A stretch of 25,617 nt of DNA, taken from positions 1 through 25,617 of the forward strand of contig JBHIAT010000036.1 of NCBI GenBank assembly GCA_046758705.1, written 5' to 3'. The stretch is from Candidatus Bipolaricaulia bacterium (GTDB lineage Bacteria > Bipolaricaulota > Bipolaricaulia > JBHIAT01). The translations under genes and the position numbers were made by a program. Position 1 is the stretch's first letter, and every line of letters begins with the position of its first letter. This document shows positions 1 through 8,475 of the stretch, in pieces. The notes beneath the pieces are model-generated. The model did no database searches and was not told where the DNA came from. It was given only the letters and a program-made list of their open reading frames with translations.

Positions 1-15
1 TGTTTTTGACCCGTT

Positions 16-756
16 TTGGACGGGTTGGATTCTGATTGCACAATTGTTACGCTAAAGCCGTTCCAACACAAGCTAGAGGAGCGAGTTACTCAACAAGAGT
101 GGTATGAACTTCAACAGCCACAGGCTGCTTATATCCCTTTCTTCGACCGCCCGAAAATCGTCTATCCTGACATTGGTAAAGAGACACGCTTTTCGATGGA
201 TGAACACGGCTATTATGTAGAAGCAACAGCCTTTTTCATACCGATTGACAACTGGTATCTGCTTGGTGTACTGAACTCTGCGCCCGCGTTTGAGTACTTG
301 GAATCGTGTGCTTCCGTGCTTGGCGACGAGAAGAAAGGTGGCCGGATTCGCTTCAAAACAATCTACATGGAAACCCTACCCATCCCCGACGCACCGACAG
401 CAGAGCGGGAGGCAGTGGCGAAGTTGGCAAAGGAAGCGCAGCAGCTGCACATTCAGCGACGCAAGCGGGTGGAAAAGTTCCTGCACGATATCGGCACCGC
501 GCCTGCCGAGTCCAGCAGCCGTAACTCACTGGAGCAGCTGTGGACGCTGACGGCTAATCAGTTCACTAGCCGCGCACGTCGGATAGGGACGCCTGATCTG
601 CGCCTCTTCAACACCGTCCGTGACGAAACTACCGAACTTACTGAACGGATTGAACGGGTAGAGCGAGAGATAGATGAACGAGTGGCAGGGTTGTATGGGA
701 TCGACCTCATCGAAGAAGCACGAAAAGCGGGAACAGGCGAATCTGGAGGCAGGTAA
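16..756 (+). pseudogene. 5'-truncated type IIG/Eco57I-like restriction-modification enzyme (TaqI-like C-terminal specificity region)
   Basis: WYELQQPQ...PKIVYPDI...F..D..GYY...YLLGVLNS...LPIP and the terminal EREIDERVAGLYG are typical of the C-terminus of gamma-class N6-adenine MTase/IIG enzymes. An in-frame TGA at 7-9 cuts the frame upstream and no MTase catalytic motifs are present. Homology appears to begin near base 50 (LKPF). Confidence 0.75.
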
Positions 757-817
757 GAAGCACATGATTTCCGCCTGTGTCGTCGATGTGCTTGAGAATA
801 CGCGGTGGTAAAAATTG

Positions 818-890
818 TGGAGAGGCCGGGCATTGAACCCGCATCCCCGGGTCGTAAGCCTGGTGTGCTCACTAATTGCACTACGCCCCC
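818..890 (-). tRNA. degenerate tRNA-like gene, anticodon UAC (Val), probably a pseudo-tRNA
   Basis: Reverse complement folds as GGGGGCG-TA-GTGC-AATTAGTGA-GCAC-A-CCAGG-CTTACGA-CCCGG-GGAT-GCGGG-TTCAATG-CCCGG-CCTCTCC-A, followed by CAA rather than CCA. There is one mismatch each in the acceptor, anticodon and T stems, and the D loop lacks GG. Confidence 0.65.
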
Positions 891-1006
891 AGAGAGATGC
901 GGGGCCCTGCTCTGCTTTTTCCACTGTATGGTTTCTATTTCTATTATACATCTAATCCACACCATATTCTACTCCTTATTATGCCTACACATCCACACCC
1001 ATTTAT

Positions 1007-1378
1007 TTAGTCATTTGAGTTTAGATAGACAAGTACCATTTGATACTTATCACTCCACATTGCTTTATACTGTTTCGTCTCTGTGTGAGGGATTTGGAAG
1101 TAGTCCAAAAATGCCTTAGCTGTAACATCAGCACCCACATCTCTAACCCTAAGACTATATGCATCTTTTTCGGGTTCTTTTGTTGGTTTTATCCCAATAA
1201 CCATGTGAGTAGAGTCGTAAAACAAAACAGCATAGGAATAGTCTTTGAGGTTAAATTGCTGTATTGCACCAACGGAAAATCCGATCTGACCGGTACGTCT
1301 TATTGAAACTTTGGGTTGATAACTCCTACCTATTCCTGTAAATCTTTCCAGATCCAGTTCCATTTCATCATCCATCAT
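1007..1378 (-). CDS. hypothetical protein (about 123 aa, AT-rich gene)
   Basis: Open frame; GAGGAGGAG RBS 6 nt before the ATG at 1378; consensus promoter directly upstream. The ORF-track start at 1420 lies inside that promoter. Confidence 0.75.
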   Translation of the reverse strand: MMDDEMELDLERFTGIGRSYQPKVSIRRTGQIGFSVGAIQQFNLKDYSYAVLFYDSTHMVIGIKPTKEPEKDAYSLRVRDVGADVTAKAFLDYFQIPHTETKQYKAMWSDKYQMVLVYLNSND

Positions 1379-1399
1379 GTTTATCTCCTCCTCAGAATA

Positions 1400-1427
1400 A
1401 TTATAGTTAATTTCATCCATATGTCAA
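1400..1427 (-). promoter_or_regulatory. consensus sigma70 promoter TTGACA-16bp-TATAAT
   Basis: Forward tgtcaa at 1422-1427 and attata at 1400-1405, directly upstream of the RBS of the 1007-1378 gene. Confidence 0.8.
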
Positions 1428-1763
1428 GTCATAAACCATCAGAATCTTAACTTGATCCACTTAGCTCCCGGTACAAAAGATGTATGATGTCGATCTTTTG
1501 GTTGTGTCCCGGCATGACGGTAGAGAGCGAACACCGCTACGCTGCCCTGCATTCCCCAGATCCATCGAGATCAGCTTCCTGATGGAGCAAGTCCTATTCC
1601 CTAGGAGAGCCCACGCTCTTTGATTTCCACTACGGCGAGGATCATCGAAGACAAGATATCCCCTGTTCCGGGTTGGAGATGGATATGGGAGAGGAAGGGC
1701 CCTTGGTGTCACGCAGGAGCATCACACCGAGGTGCATTGAGAAGTTAACCAGTTAACCCGGGT

Positions 1764-2810
1764 TTACGGGTCGAGCCGTTCGGCGATCTCTCGAACCGCC
1801 TGAATCCTCTCCCTATCAGCGATCAGCAGGACATCCTCGGTGTCAACGATCACCAGGCCCTCGACCCCGATGGTGACGATCGTCTTCTGTACGTTCCCGT
1901 AGATCACCGACCCCTGGGTGTCGATGCCGACATGTTTTCCGTGTACGACATTATCTGCTTCATCCGGATCGTGGACGAACGCCATCGCTGACCAGTCGCC
2001 GACATCGTTCCAACCGATCTCGGCGGGGATCACCACCACATCTCCAGCCCGCTCCATCACGCCGTAGTCGACGGAGATTCTCTCCAAGCCACGGTAGACG
2101 GTCTCCAACACGTTAACACCTGTCGAGCGATCGATCTCCATCAGACCGTCATAGACGTCCGGCAGGTGCGTTTGGATCTCCCTGAGGATCGTGTCGATCC
2201 GCCAGATGAACATGCCGCTGTTCCACAGAAAGTTTCCTCGACTCAGAAACTCTTGGGCGGTCGTTCGATCGGGCTTCTCGGTGAAGCTGCGAACTGGATA
2301 GGCCGGCGTATCGGGCCAAAGACGATCCGGATGGTACTCAATATAGCCATACCCGGTCGCCGGGTGATCGGGGTGGATCCCCAGTGTGACCAGATGCGTT
2401 CCATCACGAGCGACGCGGATCGCTGCCTTCAAGAGGTTCAAAAACATCTCCCGCCGTTTGATCACATGATCGGCTGGCAACACGACCATAATACCCTGAG
2501 GATCAACCGCCTTCAGGCGGATCGCCGCCAGCCCGATCGCCGGAGCGGTGTTCCGGCCGACCGGTTCGGTGATGAGGTTCTCGGCCGGCAACTCAGGGAG
2601 CTGCTCGGAGACGAACTCGGCGAACTGTTTCTCGGTCACCACATAGGTCTGCCCGGGCGGGATCAGGGGCCGGAGCCGTTCGGCGGTGTTCTGCAGCAAC
2701 GTCCCTTCCCCAGTCAGATCGAGGAACTGCTTAGGAAACTCTTTACGGCTAAGTGGATAGAGCCGTCGGCCGCTCCCCCCCGCCATGATCAATGCGAACA
2801 CCCCGTCCAT
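1764..2810 (-). CDS. manC: mannose-1-phosphate guanylyltransferase (no C-terminal isomerase domain)
   Basis: IMAGGSGRRLYPLSR..FPKQFL, EPVGRNTAPA, LPADH, TGYGYI, FTEKP, WNSGMF, ISVDYGVME and WNDVGDW motifs; GAGG RBS before the ATG at 2810. Confidence 0.92.
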   Translation of the reverse strand: MDGVFALIMAGGSGRRLYPLSRKEFPKQFLDLTGEGTLLQNTAERLRPLIPPGQTYVVTEKQFAEFVSEQLPELPAENLITEPVGRNTAPAIGLAAIRLKAVDPQGIMVVLPADHVIKRREMFLNLLKAAIRVARDGTHLVTLGIHPDHPATGYGYIEYHPDRLWPDTPAYPVRSFTEKPDRTTAQEFLSRGNFLWNSGMFIWRIDTILREIQTHLPDVYDGLMEIDRSTGVNVLETVYRGLERISVDYGVMERAGDVVVIPAEIGWNDVGDWSAMAFVHDPDEADNVVHGKHVGIDTQGSVIYGNVQKTIVTIGVEGLVIVDTEDVLLIADRERIQAVREIAERLDP

Positions 2811-2823
2811 GTCTGACCTCAAC

Positions 2824-4098
2824 TCAGCGCAGCGCCTGTTCCAGAGCCTCGACCTGTTTGCGGATGTTGGGATCTTCCTCAACAAGAAGCCGGGCCCGGT
2901 ACCAGTGGAGTGTCTCCCGGTCGTCCGAGGCCTGCCGGGCGCGATGTTCCAAGTAATCGATTAGAAGGGTCTTAAGCTGCTCTAGGGAGCTGCTCTCGAC
3001 CTCCACCCGGAACGACCGGGCAAGCTGCTCGTCTTGTAGCTTGATGCGGATCGTGCCGGTTTCGATCGTGTCCAGGAGCCCATCGACGTACTCCCGCAAC
3101 GATTCCAGGTCGATCCCGATCTTGAGTCGCTGGATGAACTCGAGAAGCGCGCCGGTGATCTCCGTTTCCGAGAGTCCCTGCAACACGAGGAGATAGGGAA
3201 CCAGCTCGTCTGTCCCCCCGATCCGCTCCAGGTACGCTCTCGCCTCCGCGAAGTTCCCGACGATGAGCTGGGATTCGGCGAGCCCTTTCAACGTCCCCTT
3301 GAGCCGTCTGGCCAACCGCTCCCCCAGAGCATCGTCGCTCAACCGCTGTAGTCGTTCGTATCGGTACAGCGCTTCACTCCACTGCCGTCGTTCGAAGTAG
3401 ATGTCGCCCAGCTGGGTGATGGCGGTCCGCTCCTGAGGATTGAGCGCCTCCACATGGAGGTAGCTCGCCAGGGCGGTGTCGACCTGTCCCTCTCGGATCA
3501 GCCGTTCGGCGCGGCGCAGCTCGGCCCGGATGGTATAGTTCACCATCCCGGACCAGACGATCACCAAGGAGAGGAGGACGATCAACACCAGCTGAATCTC
3601 CTTGGGCATCCCGCTTCGCTGACGGTGTAGGGTGTTCAACGCCAGGTACAGGATCACACTCTCGACCGCGACGATCGCGAGCAGCCAATCCTGGGGAGGG
3701 AACACCGCATAGAGAAGCAAAGCGGCCGCGCCGATCACCACTCCCAGATCGGAGAATCTAGAGATGACCTGCTCCCGGGTGATCCTGATGCGCGTCAGCA
3801 CCAAGCCGCCGAGGATGGCGATCAGGGTCATCTGCAGGTAGGTGAGCACGCCCTGCTCCTCCACAGGAAGATCGGTGAACACCGGCAAAAAGACGATCGG
3901 CAGGGAGATGAGGAAGACGAGTCGGAAGGGAACCTGCGAACGGAGGAGGGCGGCTGCCGCGAGCAGCGCGAGCAGCAGGACGAACGCTGCGGCGATCTGG
4001 AGCGGGATATAGGGCGTGGACAGCAAACTGAGAATCAGGACCATCAACACGACGTACTGGATGATCCCCCCCAGGAAATTACTAAAGCGGTTCATCAT
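2824..4098 (-). CDS. membrane protein with N-terminal transmembrane helices and C-terminal tetratricopeptide repeats
   Basis: About six hydrophobic segments, then TPR-like repeats (ALASYLHVEALNP..AITQLGDIYFERRQWSEALYRYE). Start placed at ATG 4098 because the upstream GTG lies within a promoter. Confidence 0.7.
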   Translation of the reverse strand: MMNRFSNFLGGIIQYVVLMVLILSLLSTPYIPLQIAAAFVLLLALLAAAALLRSQVPFRLVFLISLPIVFLPVFTDLPVEEQGVLTYLQMTLIAILGGLVLTRIRITREQVISRFSDLGVVIGAAALLLYAVFPPQDWLLAIVAVESVILYLALNTLHRQRSGMPKEIQLVLIVLLSLVIVWSGMVNYTIRAELRRAERLIREGQVDTALASYLHVEALNPQERTAITQLGDIYFERRQWSEALYRYERLQRLSDDALGERLARRLKGTLKGLAESQLIVGNFAEARAYLERIGGTDELVPYLLVLQGLSETEITGALLEFIQRLKIGIDLESLREYVDGLLDTIETGTIRIKLQDEQLARSFRVEVESSSLEQLKTLLIDYLEHRARQASDDRETLHWYRARLLVEEDPNIRKQVEALEQALR

Positions 4099-4106
4099 TT
4101 TTACTA

Positions 4107-4135
4107 AAGATAGCACGTCTGAGAGAACCGGTCAA
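4107..4135 (-). promoter_or_regulatory. sigma70 promoter TTGACC-17bp-(TGc)TATCTT with extended -10
   Basis: Forward ggtcaa at 4130-4135 and aagata at 4107-4112; ends 8 nt before ATG 4098, with no SD sequence. Confidence 0.55.
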
Positions 4136-4160
4136 GTCCGAACGCCTGGAGTCGAAGTGT

Positions 4161-5372
4161 CTATTTGAGAGATCGGATCAGGCCGTCGAGTTCGCCGGGG
4201 AGGAGCGTCGCAAACCGTCCCCAGAACCGAGGGGATTTGGCGAGCGCTTTGGTAAGGCGACTGGTGTAGTCGATGTCCCCGAACTCTGTGATGATGTTGA
4301 GCACCTTCGGATCGTCAAGGAGGGTGAAAATCCGGTCGATCCACGGATCGCTCAACCGACACAGGAGCTGGTGAAATTGCATACCGAAGGCGAGTTCCCT
4401 TCCCAAGACCCGGCGCCAGCGACGTTCATATTCGGAGAGCGCCTGGTTGGAGGTCTCTCCCGCCAGGGCACAACTGGCAGCCACCTCACCGGCGATCTTG
4501 CCGCAGACGGTGCCGGTGTAGATACCGCCGCCGCTCGTCGGCTTCGACTGGCCGGCCGCATCCCCGACCAACAGGATCCGATCGGAGACGGTGTGGGCAG
4601 CAGGGCCGATCGGGATCAGCCCGCCCTGGAACGCCCGGACCTGGTCGATCTGGGTGGCGGTCCGCGCCAACAGTCGATCGAAGCAGACGCGCCCCTGCCT
4701 CCCCGCGTCTGTTCCCAGGCCGATCTTGGCATAGCCGTCCGTCTCTGGGACGGCCCAGGCGAAGAAGTTGGGGGCGAGGTCGTTCCCCAGAAAGACCTCG
4801 ACAAAATCCTTGTGCTCCGCCCGATAGGGGACGACTGCCTGGAAGCCGAAGATCAGTTTCTGCGGCGGGGGCAATCCGGCCCAGGCAGCGATTTGGCTCT
4901 TTGGACCGTCGGCACCGACCACGACTCCGGCTTGGATCTGCCCCTCCCGACCATCGTTCAGAATCCGAAGCGTCCCCGTCTCCGGTTCCAGGTCGATGGC
5001 CCGGACGCCGGTCCGGACCTCAACACCCGCCGCCTCGGCACGCCGGGCCAGCTCTCGGTCGAGCTCACCCCGATCGATGACCCATGCTTTCGCTTCCCGG
5101 CCGCGAATCTCCAACCTCCTGCCGTCCGGAGCGTAGACGAACGCGCCGGTGATCTCCCGGATCAGCACTGCCTGGCTTGCGCCGGTCTCCTCCACCCCAC
5201 GCACGCTCAACAGACCGGTACACTGGACCGGGCTGCCGACTTGCTGATGCTCTTCGAGCATCAGCACCCGGGCCCCGGACTCCGCTGCCGTTCGCGCCGC
5301 CGCCGACCCGGCCGGACCGCTCCCCACGACCACGACATCGAACCGTTCTGACCCAAGCGAGCTGCTTCGCAT
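4161..5372 (-). CDS. geranylgeranyl reductase family FAD-dependent oxidoreductase
   Basis: DVVVVGSGPAGS FAD-binding motif, PVQCTG, IDR..LD, VGADG, FAWAVP, LLVGDAAGQSKPTSGGGIY. Confidence 0.88.
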   Translation of the reverse strand: MRSSSLGSERFDVVVVGSGPAGSAAARTAAESGARVLMLEEHQQVGSPVQCTGLLSVRGVEETGASQAVLIREITGAFVYAPDGRRLEIRGREAKAWVIDRGELDRELARRAEAAGVEVRTGVRAIDLEPETGTLRILNDGREGQIQAGVVVGADGPKSQIAAWAGLPPPQKLIFGFQAVVPYRAEHKDFVEVFLGNDLAPNFFAWAVPETDGYAKIGLGTDAGRQGRVCFDRLLARTATQIDQVRAFQGGLIPIGPAAHTVSDRILLVGDAAGQSKPTSGGGIYTGTVCGKIAGEVAASCALAGETSNQALSEYERRWRRVLGRELAFGMQFHQLLCRLSDPWIDRIFTLLDDPKVLNIITEFGDIDYTSRLTKALAKSPRFWGRFATLLPGELDGLIRSLK

Positions 5373-5431
5373 GCTGTTTTAACACCCTTACAATCCACTC
5401 GGTCCCAATCGGTTCATACAGCTACAGCTAC

Positions 5432-5460
5432 AGTCTACTCCCTGAGTCCTCCCCTGTCAA
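5432..5460 (-). promoter_or_regulatory. sigma70 promoter TTGACA-17bp-TAGACT for the reductase gene
   Basis: Forward tgtcaa at 5455-5460 and agtcta at 5432-5437, about 60 nt upstream of ATG 5372. Confidence 0.65.
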
Positions 5461-5497
5461 AGATAGGAGCGCTCAAATCGGGGCAGTCTTCGGCCGA

Positions 5498-6625
5498 TTA
5501 AATCGACACCGTATAGGAATTGATAATGTACTCGTTCAACCGCCTCTGATCCAGATCCATTCCCAAACCCACTCCATCGGGAACATAAAGTTCTCCGTTC
5601 TTAAACTGCAGCGGAGTCGCCGCGACATCGCGTTCGAGAAGAAATTGGCCTCCCATCTCACAACCATAGGTCACCGAGGGTGTCGACACCCCAAAGTGCA
5701 GACACGCGCTCGCGCCCACCGGTCCTTCGAGCGCCCCACCGATGTAGCATTTGAGTCCCGTCGCCTCAGCGACGGCGGCCATCTTCTTGGCTTGACTGAC
5801 TCCACCTGGATTGTTGATGTACACGCTGATGATCTCGGCAGCCCGGTAGGTGGCGATATGAAATACATCACGTGGGGAATCGGCCGCCTCATCGGCCATG
5901 ATCGGCATCCTCACGGATCGGCATACTTCGGCAAGCCCGGCGAGATCTTGTTTGTGAACCGGTTGCTCCATGAAGTCAATGTTATAGTCCTCAATCGCGT
6001 TGGTGACTTTGATCGCGGTCTTCACGTCGTACGCCTGATTCGCATCGACCCGAAGGTGAACGACCTCTCCTACAGTTTCTCGTATGAGCTTGACCATGGT
6101 GACATCATCGTTGGGATTAGGGCGACCTACTTTGATCTTTAACACCTTCCACCCTCGGTCGACCATTTCGCTGGCCTCTTCGACACCGGCATCGAAGTCG
6201 GTAATTGGGATCGACCAACTCAACGGCAGGCTGTCGCGACACTTGCCACCGAGAAGATTATAGACGGGCGTTTCAAGAATCTTTCCGGCCAAGTCATAAA
6301 GCGCCATGTTCACCGCGCTTTTGGCTCTGGGGTTCTGAGGCAACGCTGCTTCCATGCTGTGCTGATGGGCTTCGATCCGCAGAGGATCTTGACCCAGCAC
6401 GCTCGGCAGGAGAAACTCCTTCAGCACAGCGGTGACGGTCCGCTGCGTCTCGCCTGCCCCTGAGAAGCGCACCATGTGGGGCGCTTCCCCAAGACCTATC
6501 GTCCCGTCATCGGCAAAGAGTTTTACAATAACATTCTCCTGGTGCGTCGTGGTGCCGATGGCCATCTTATGAGCTCGAATGACAGGGATCTTGGTGAGCA
6601 AGACCTCAGCCCGCTCGATTTGCAT
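5498..6625 (-). CDS. enolase-superfamily enzyme, muconate cycloisomerase/mandelate racemase family (paralogue A)
   Basis: GLGEA, A..MALYDL.GK...PVYNLLGG, KIK, VDANQ, EQP, MADE, P..GLG motifs; AAAGGAG RBS before ATG 6625. Confidence 0.9.
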   Translation of the reverse strand: MQIERAEVLLTKIPVIRAHKMAIGTTTHQENVIVKLFADDGTIGLGEAPHMVRFSGAGETQRTVTAVLKEFLLPSVLGQDPLRIEAHQHSMEAALPQNPRAKSAVNMALYDLAGKILETPVYNLLGGKCRDSLPLSWSIPITDFDAGVEEASEMVDRGWKVLKIKVGRPNPNDDVTMVKLIRETVGEVVHLRVDANQAYDVKTAIKVTNAIEDYNIDFMEQPVHKQDLAGLAEVCRSVRMPIMADEAADSPRDVFHIATYRAAEIISVYINNPGGVSQAKKMAAVAEATGLKCYIGGALEGPVGASACLHFGVSTPSVTYGCEMGGQFLLERDVAATPLQFKNGELYVPDGVGLGMDLDQRRLNEYIINSYTVSI

Positions 6626-6652
6626 TCGCACTCCTTTCTGAAGGTTCAACGG

Positions 6653-7714
6653 TCAGCGTTTGCCGGTCTGCAGATAGGTGATCAACTCAGCTCGCGTCAT
6701 CCCGTCAATGCCCAGCTTGTCCACTGTTCGCCCTTCTGTCCAGTAGTCCCGTTCTTCAACGACCGATAGAACCGCATTGATCCCGTCACAGACAGGCGTG
6801 CTCACCCCCAGCAGGGAACCGAGAGATGACATCATCACCGATCCATAGGGCACATCTTCCTCCACATACCGTCTCCAGATTCTGTCTCTGAGGCCCATCG
6901 GCTCCCCCGGTTCCCGATAGACGCTGGGGCTGCTGCCAAGCTCCCGGTACAGGTCATCGACCGTGATCGGCTCGATCTCCAAAGCGGTGAGTAACGCCTG
7001 CTTTTCCGTATCCACAGCGTCCATGCAACGCAGTACCCCGGGAGTCATCCCCTCATTCATGATCGACAGCTTCAGATCTCGTCTTTCGATCTCCGCATAG
7101 TTTAACAGCATCGGGGCGGGATGGATAATGAAGTTGGGATTGTTCAGGCCGGTATCAAACACGTTGGCGGCGGCAAAGACGTTGAGGATACCCTCGAGAA
7201 ACTCGATCGCTCTGGGGGTATTGGTCGCCGGAAACGCCGCCGTTCTCAGCTGAGCGGGAAGCTTGATCCGCAGGCTCGCCTCGTCTACCAGGCGGGCAGA
7301 TTGAGGCAGGGTCACCGTCTCCGCAATAAGCACGTCATCCAGGTAGTCTATGTCCGCATCATCCAGCAGTTGAGCGACACAGAGTGAACCGGCCGATCCG
7401 GAGCAGAGCAACAGCATCTTCCCCGGCTCAAGATAAGGGATGACCATCCGGGCCATATATTCCTGACCGTAGGCGGGAGTCATGATCATAAACAACTGGC
7501 GTCCTGAGAGCGCTTCCTTCGGGTCGTCGCTGACCACGGGAAGCGGCACGAACTCCCCACCGTAAGCTCCGTCGATCTGCACCCCTCCTGCCTCTTGGAC
7601 AGGACGAATGCGCTTCTGGGATCGGTTAAAGACGTTGACATCAAATCCCTGGTGGGCCAGTGCTGCGGCGGCAGCCAGCCCTCCAGGTCCGGCACCCAAC
7701 ACAGCAATTTTCAT
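6653..7714 (-). CDS. NAD(P)-dependent octopine/nopaline (opine) dehydrogenase family protein (paralogue A)
   Basis: IAVLGAGPGG Rossmann motif, ET.TLP, LNNPNFIIHPAPMLLN, EGMTPGV, RYVEEDVPYG, GRT...LG. Confidence 0.88.
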   Translation of the reverse strand: MKIAVLGAGPGGLAAAAALAHQGFDVNVFNRSQKRIRPVQEAGGVQIDGAYGGEFVPLPVVSDDPKEALSGRQLFMIMTPAYGQEYMARMVIPYLEPGKMLLLCSGSAGSLCVAQLLDDADIDYLDDVLIAETVTLPQSARLVDEASLRIKLPAQLRTAAFPATNTPRAIEFLEGILNVFAAANVFDTGLNNPNFIIHPAPMLLNYAEIERRDLKLSIMNEGMTPGVLRCMDAVDTEKQALLTALEIEPITVDDLYRELGSSPSVYREPGEPMGLRDRIWRRYVEEDVPYGSVMMSSLGSLLGVSTPVCDGINAVLSVVEERDYWTEGRTVDKLGIDGMTRAELITYLQTGKR

Positions 7715-7737
7715 CGATGTTCGTTCCTCAGTTATAG

Positions 7738-8439
7738 TTAATTCCTGAGATTCTTGATCGCCTGCTTAACACGCTCCAAGTGGTTGAGCAGGGCGACTTT
7801 GGCCTCCTGAGGGTCTCGTTCGCGGATGGCATAGAAGATTTGGTAATGCTCGTGAATCGAGCTGGCCGGCAATCCCGGCAATTCAAGCAAGGATTTTCGG
7901 CTCTCATAGAGTGCATCGATCAGTTGCTCAGCCAACGTGGGGAAAAATTCGTTCTTGCTCGCTCGGCTGATGGCGATGTGAAACATCTGATCGTTTTTGA
8001 CAATCGCCTTGATGTCTCCCCGCTCGATGGCTTGGTCCGTTCTTTCCAGGATCGATCGGAGCCGTTCGATGTCCTGTTCGTCCGCTCTCCGGGCGGCGAG
8101 ATAGGCCGCTTCCTGCTCGACCGCGCCACGGACCTCCAGCAGATCGAGCACCCGGTCTCGATTCTCCCAAAACCAACGTTTCAAATGGGCCACCGATTCT
8201 GCCTCATCGGGAGATCCCACCACGAATGCCCCCTTACCGGGGTGTACCTCGATGAGACCCTGGGCCTCCAACATCCGCAACGCTTCTCGCACCGGGACAC
8301 GGCTGGTCCCCAACTCTCGGACAAGCTGACGTTCGCTGGGCAACTTGTCCCCAATCGAGAGCGTTCCCTCTTTGATCAACTGCTTGATCTGCCGAACCGC
8401 ATCATCTGAGAGACGTCGGCTACTCAGAGTTTTGAACAT
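7738..8439 (-). CDS. GntR/FadR family transcriptional regulator
   Basis: GDKLPSERQL...LGTSRVPVREALRMLEAQGLI...GKGAFV winged HTH plus FCD domain (D..FH..I..AS.N, EH..I..AI). Confidence 0.93.
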   Translation of the reverse strand: MFKTLSSRRLSDDAVRQIKQLIKEGTLSIGDKLPSERQLVRELGTSRVPVREALRMLEAQGLIEVHPGKGAFVVGSPDEAESVAHLKRWFWENRDRVLDLLEVRGAVEQEAAYLAARRADEQDIERLRSILERTDQAIERGDIKAIVKNDQMFHIAISRASKNEFFPTLAEQLIDALYESRKSLLELPGLPASSIHEHYQIFYAIRERDPQEAKVALLNHLERVKQAIKNLRN

Positions 8440-8475
8440 TTTCTTCCTTTCGGATTGAAAGGGTAAGGATAAAGA

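Noticed and set aside
526-1306. ORFs 526-951, 558-965, 805-1119 and 1040-1306
   Set aside because: They overlap the RM fragment, the tRNA-like element or the 1007-1378 gene, and their composition is not protein-like.
1461-1763. 83-aa ORF, small hairpins and a GTTAACC doublet downstream of manC
   Set aside because: No RBS, motif or convincing RNA structure; cannot be supported.
5388-5433. TACAGC tandem repeat and a 9-codon upstream ORF (MNRLGPSGL) in the reductase leader
   Set aside because: Too short to tell from chance; no attenuator structure seen.
2166-6142. Long plus-strand ORFs 2166-2816, 4371-5351 and 5177-6142
   Set aside because: Antisense shadows of well-supported GC-rich genes; no recognisable motifs.
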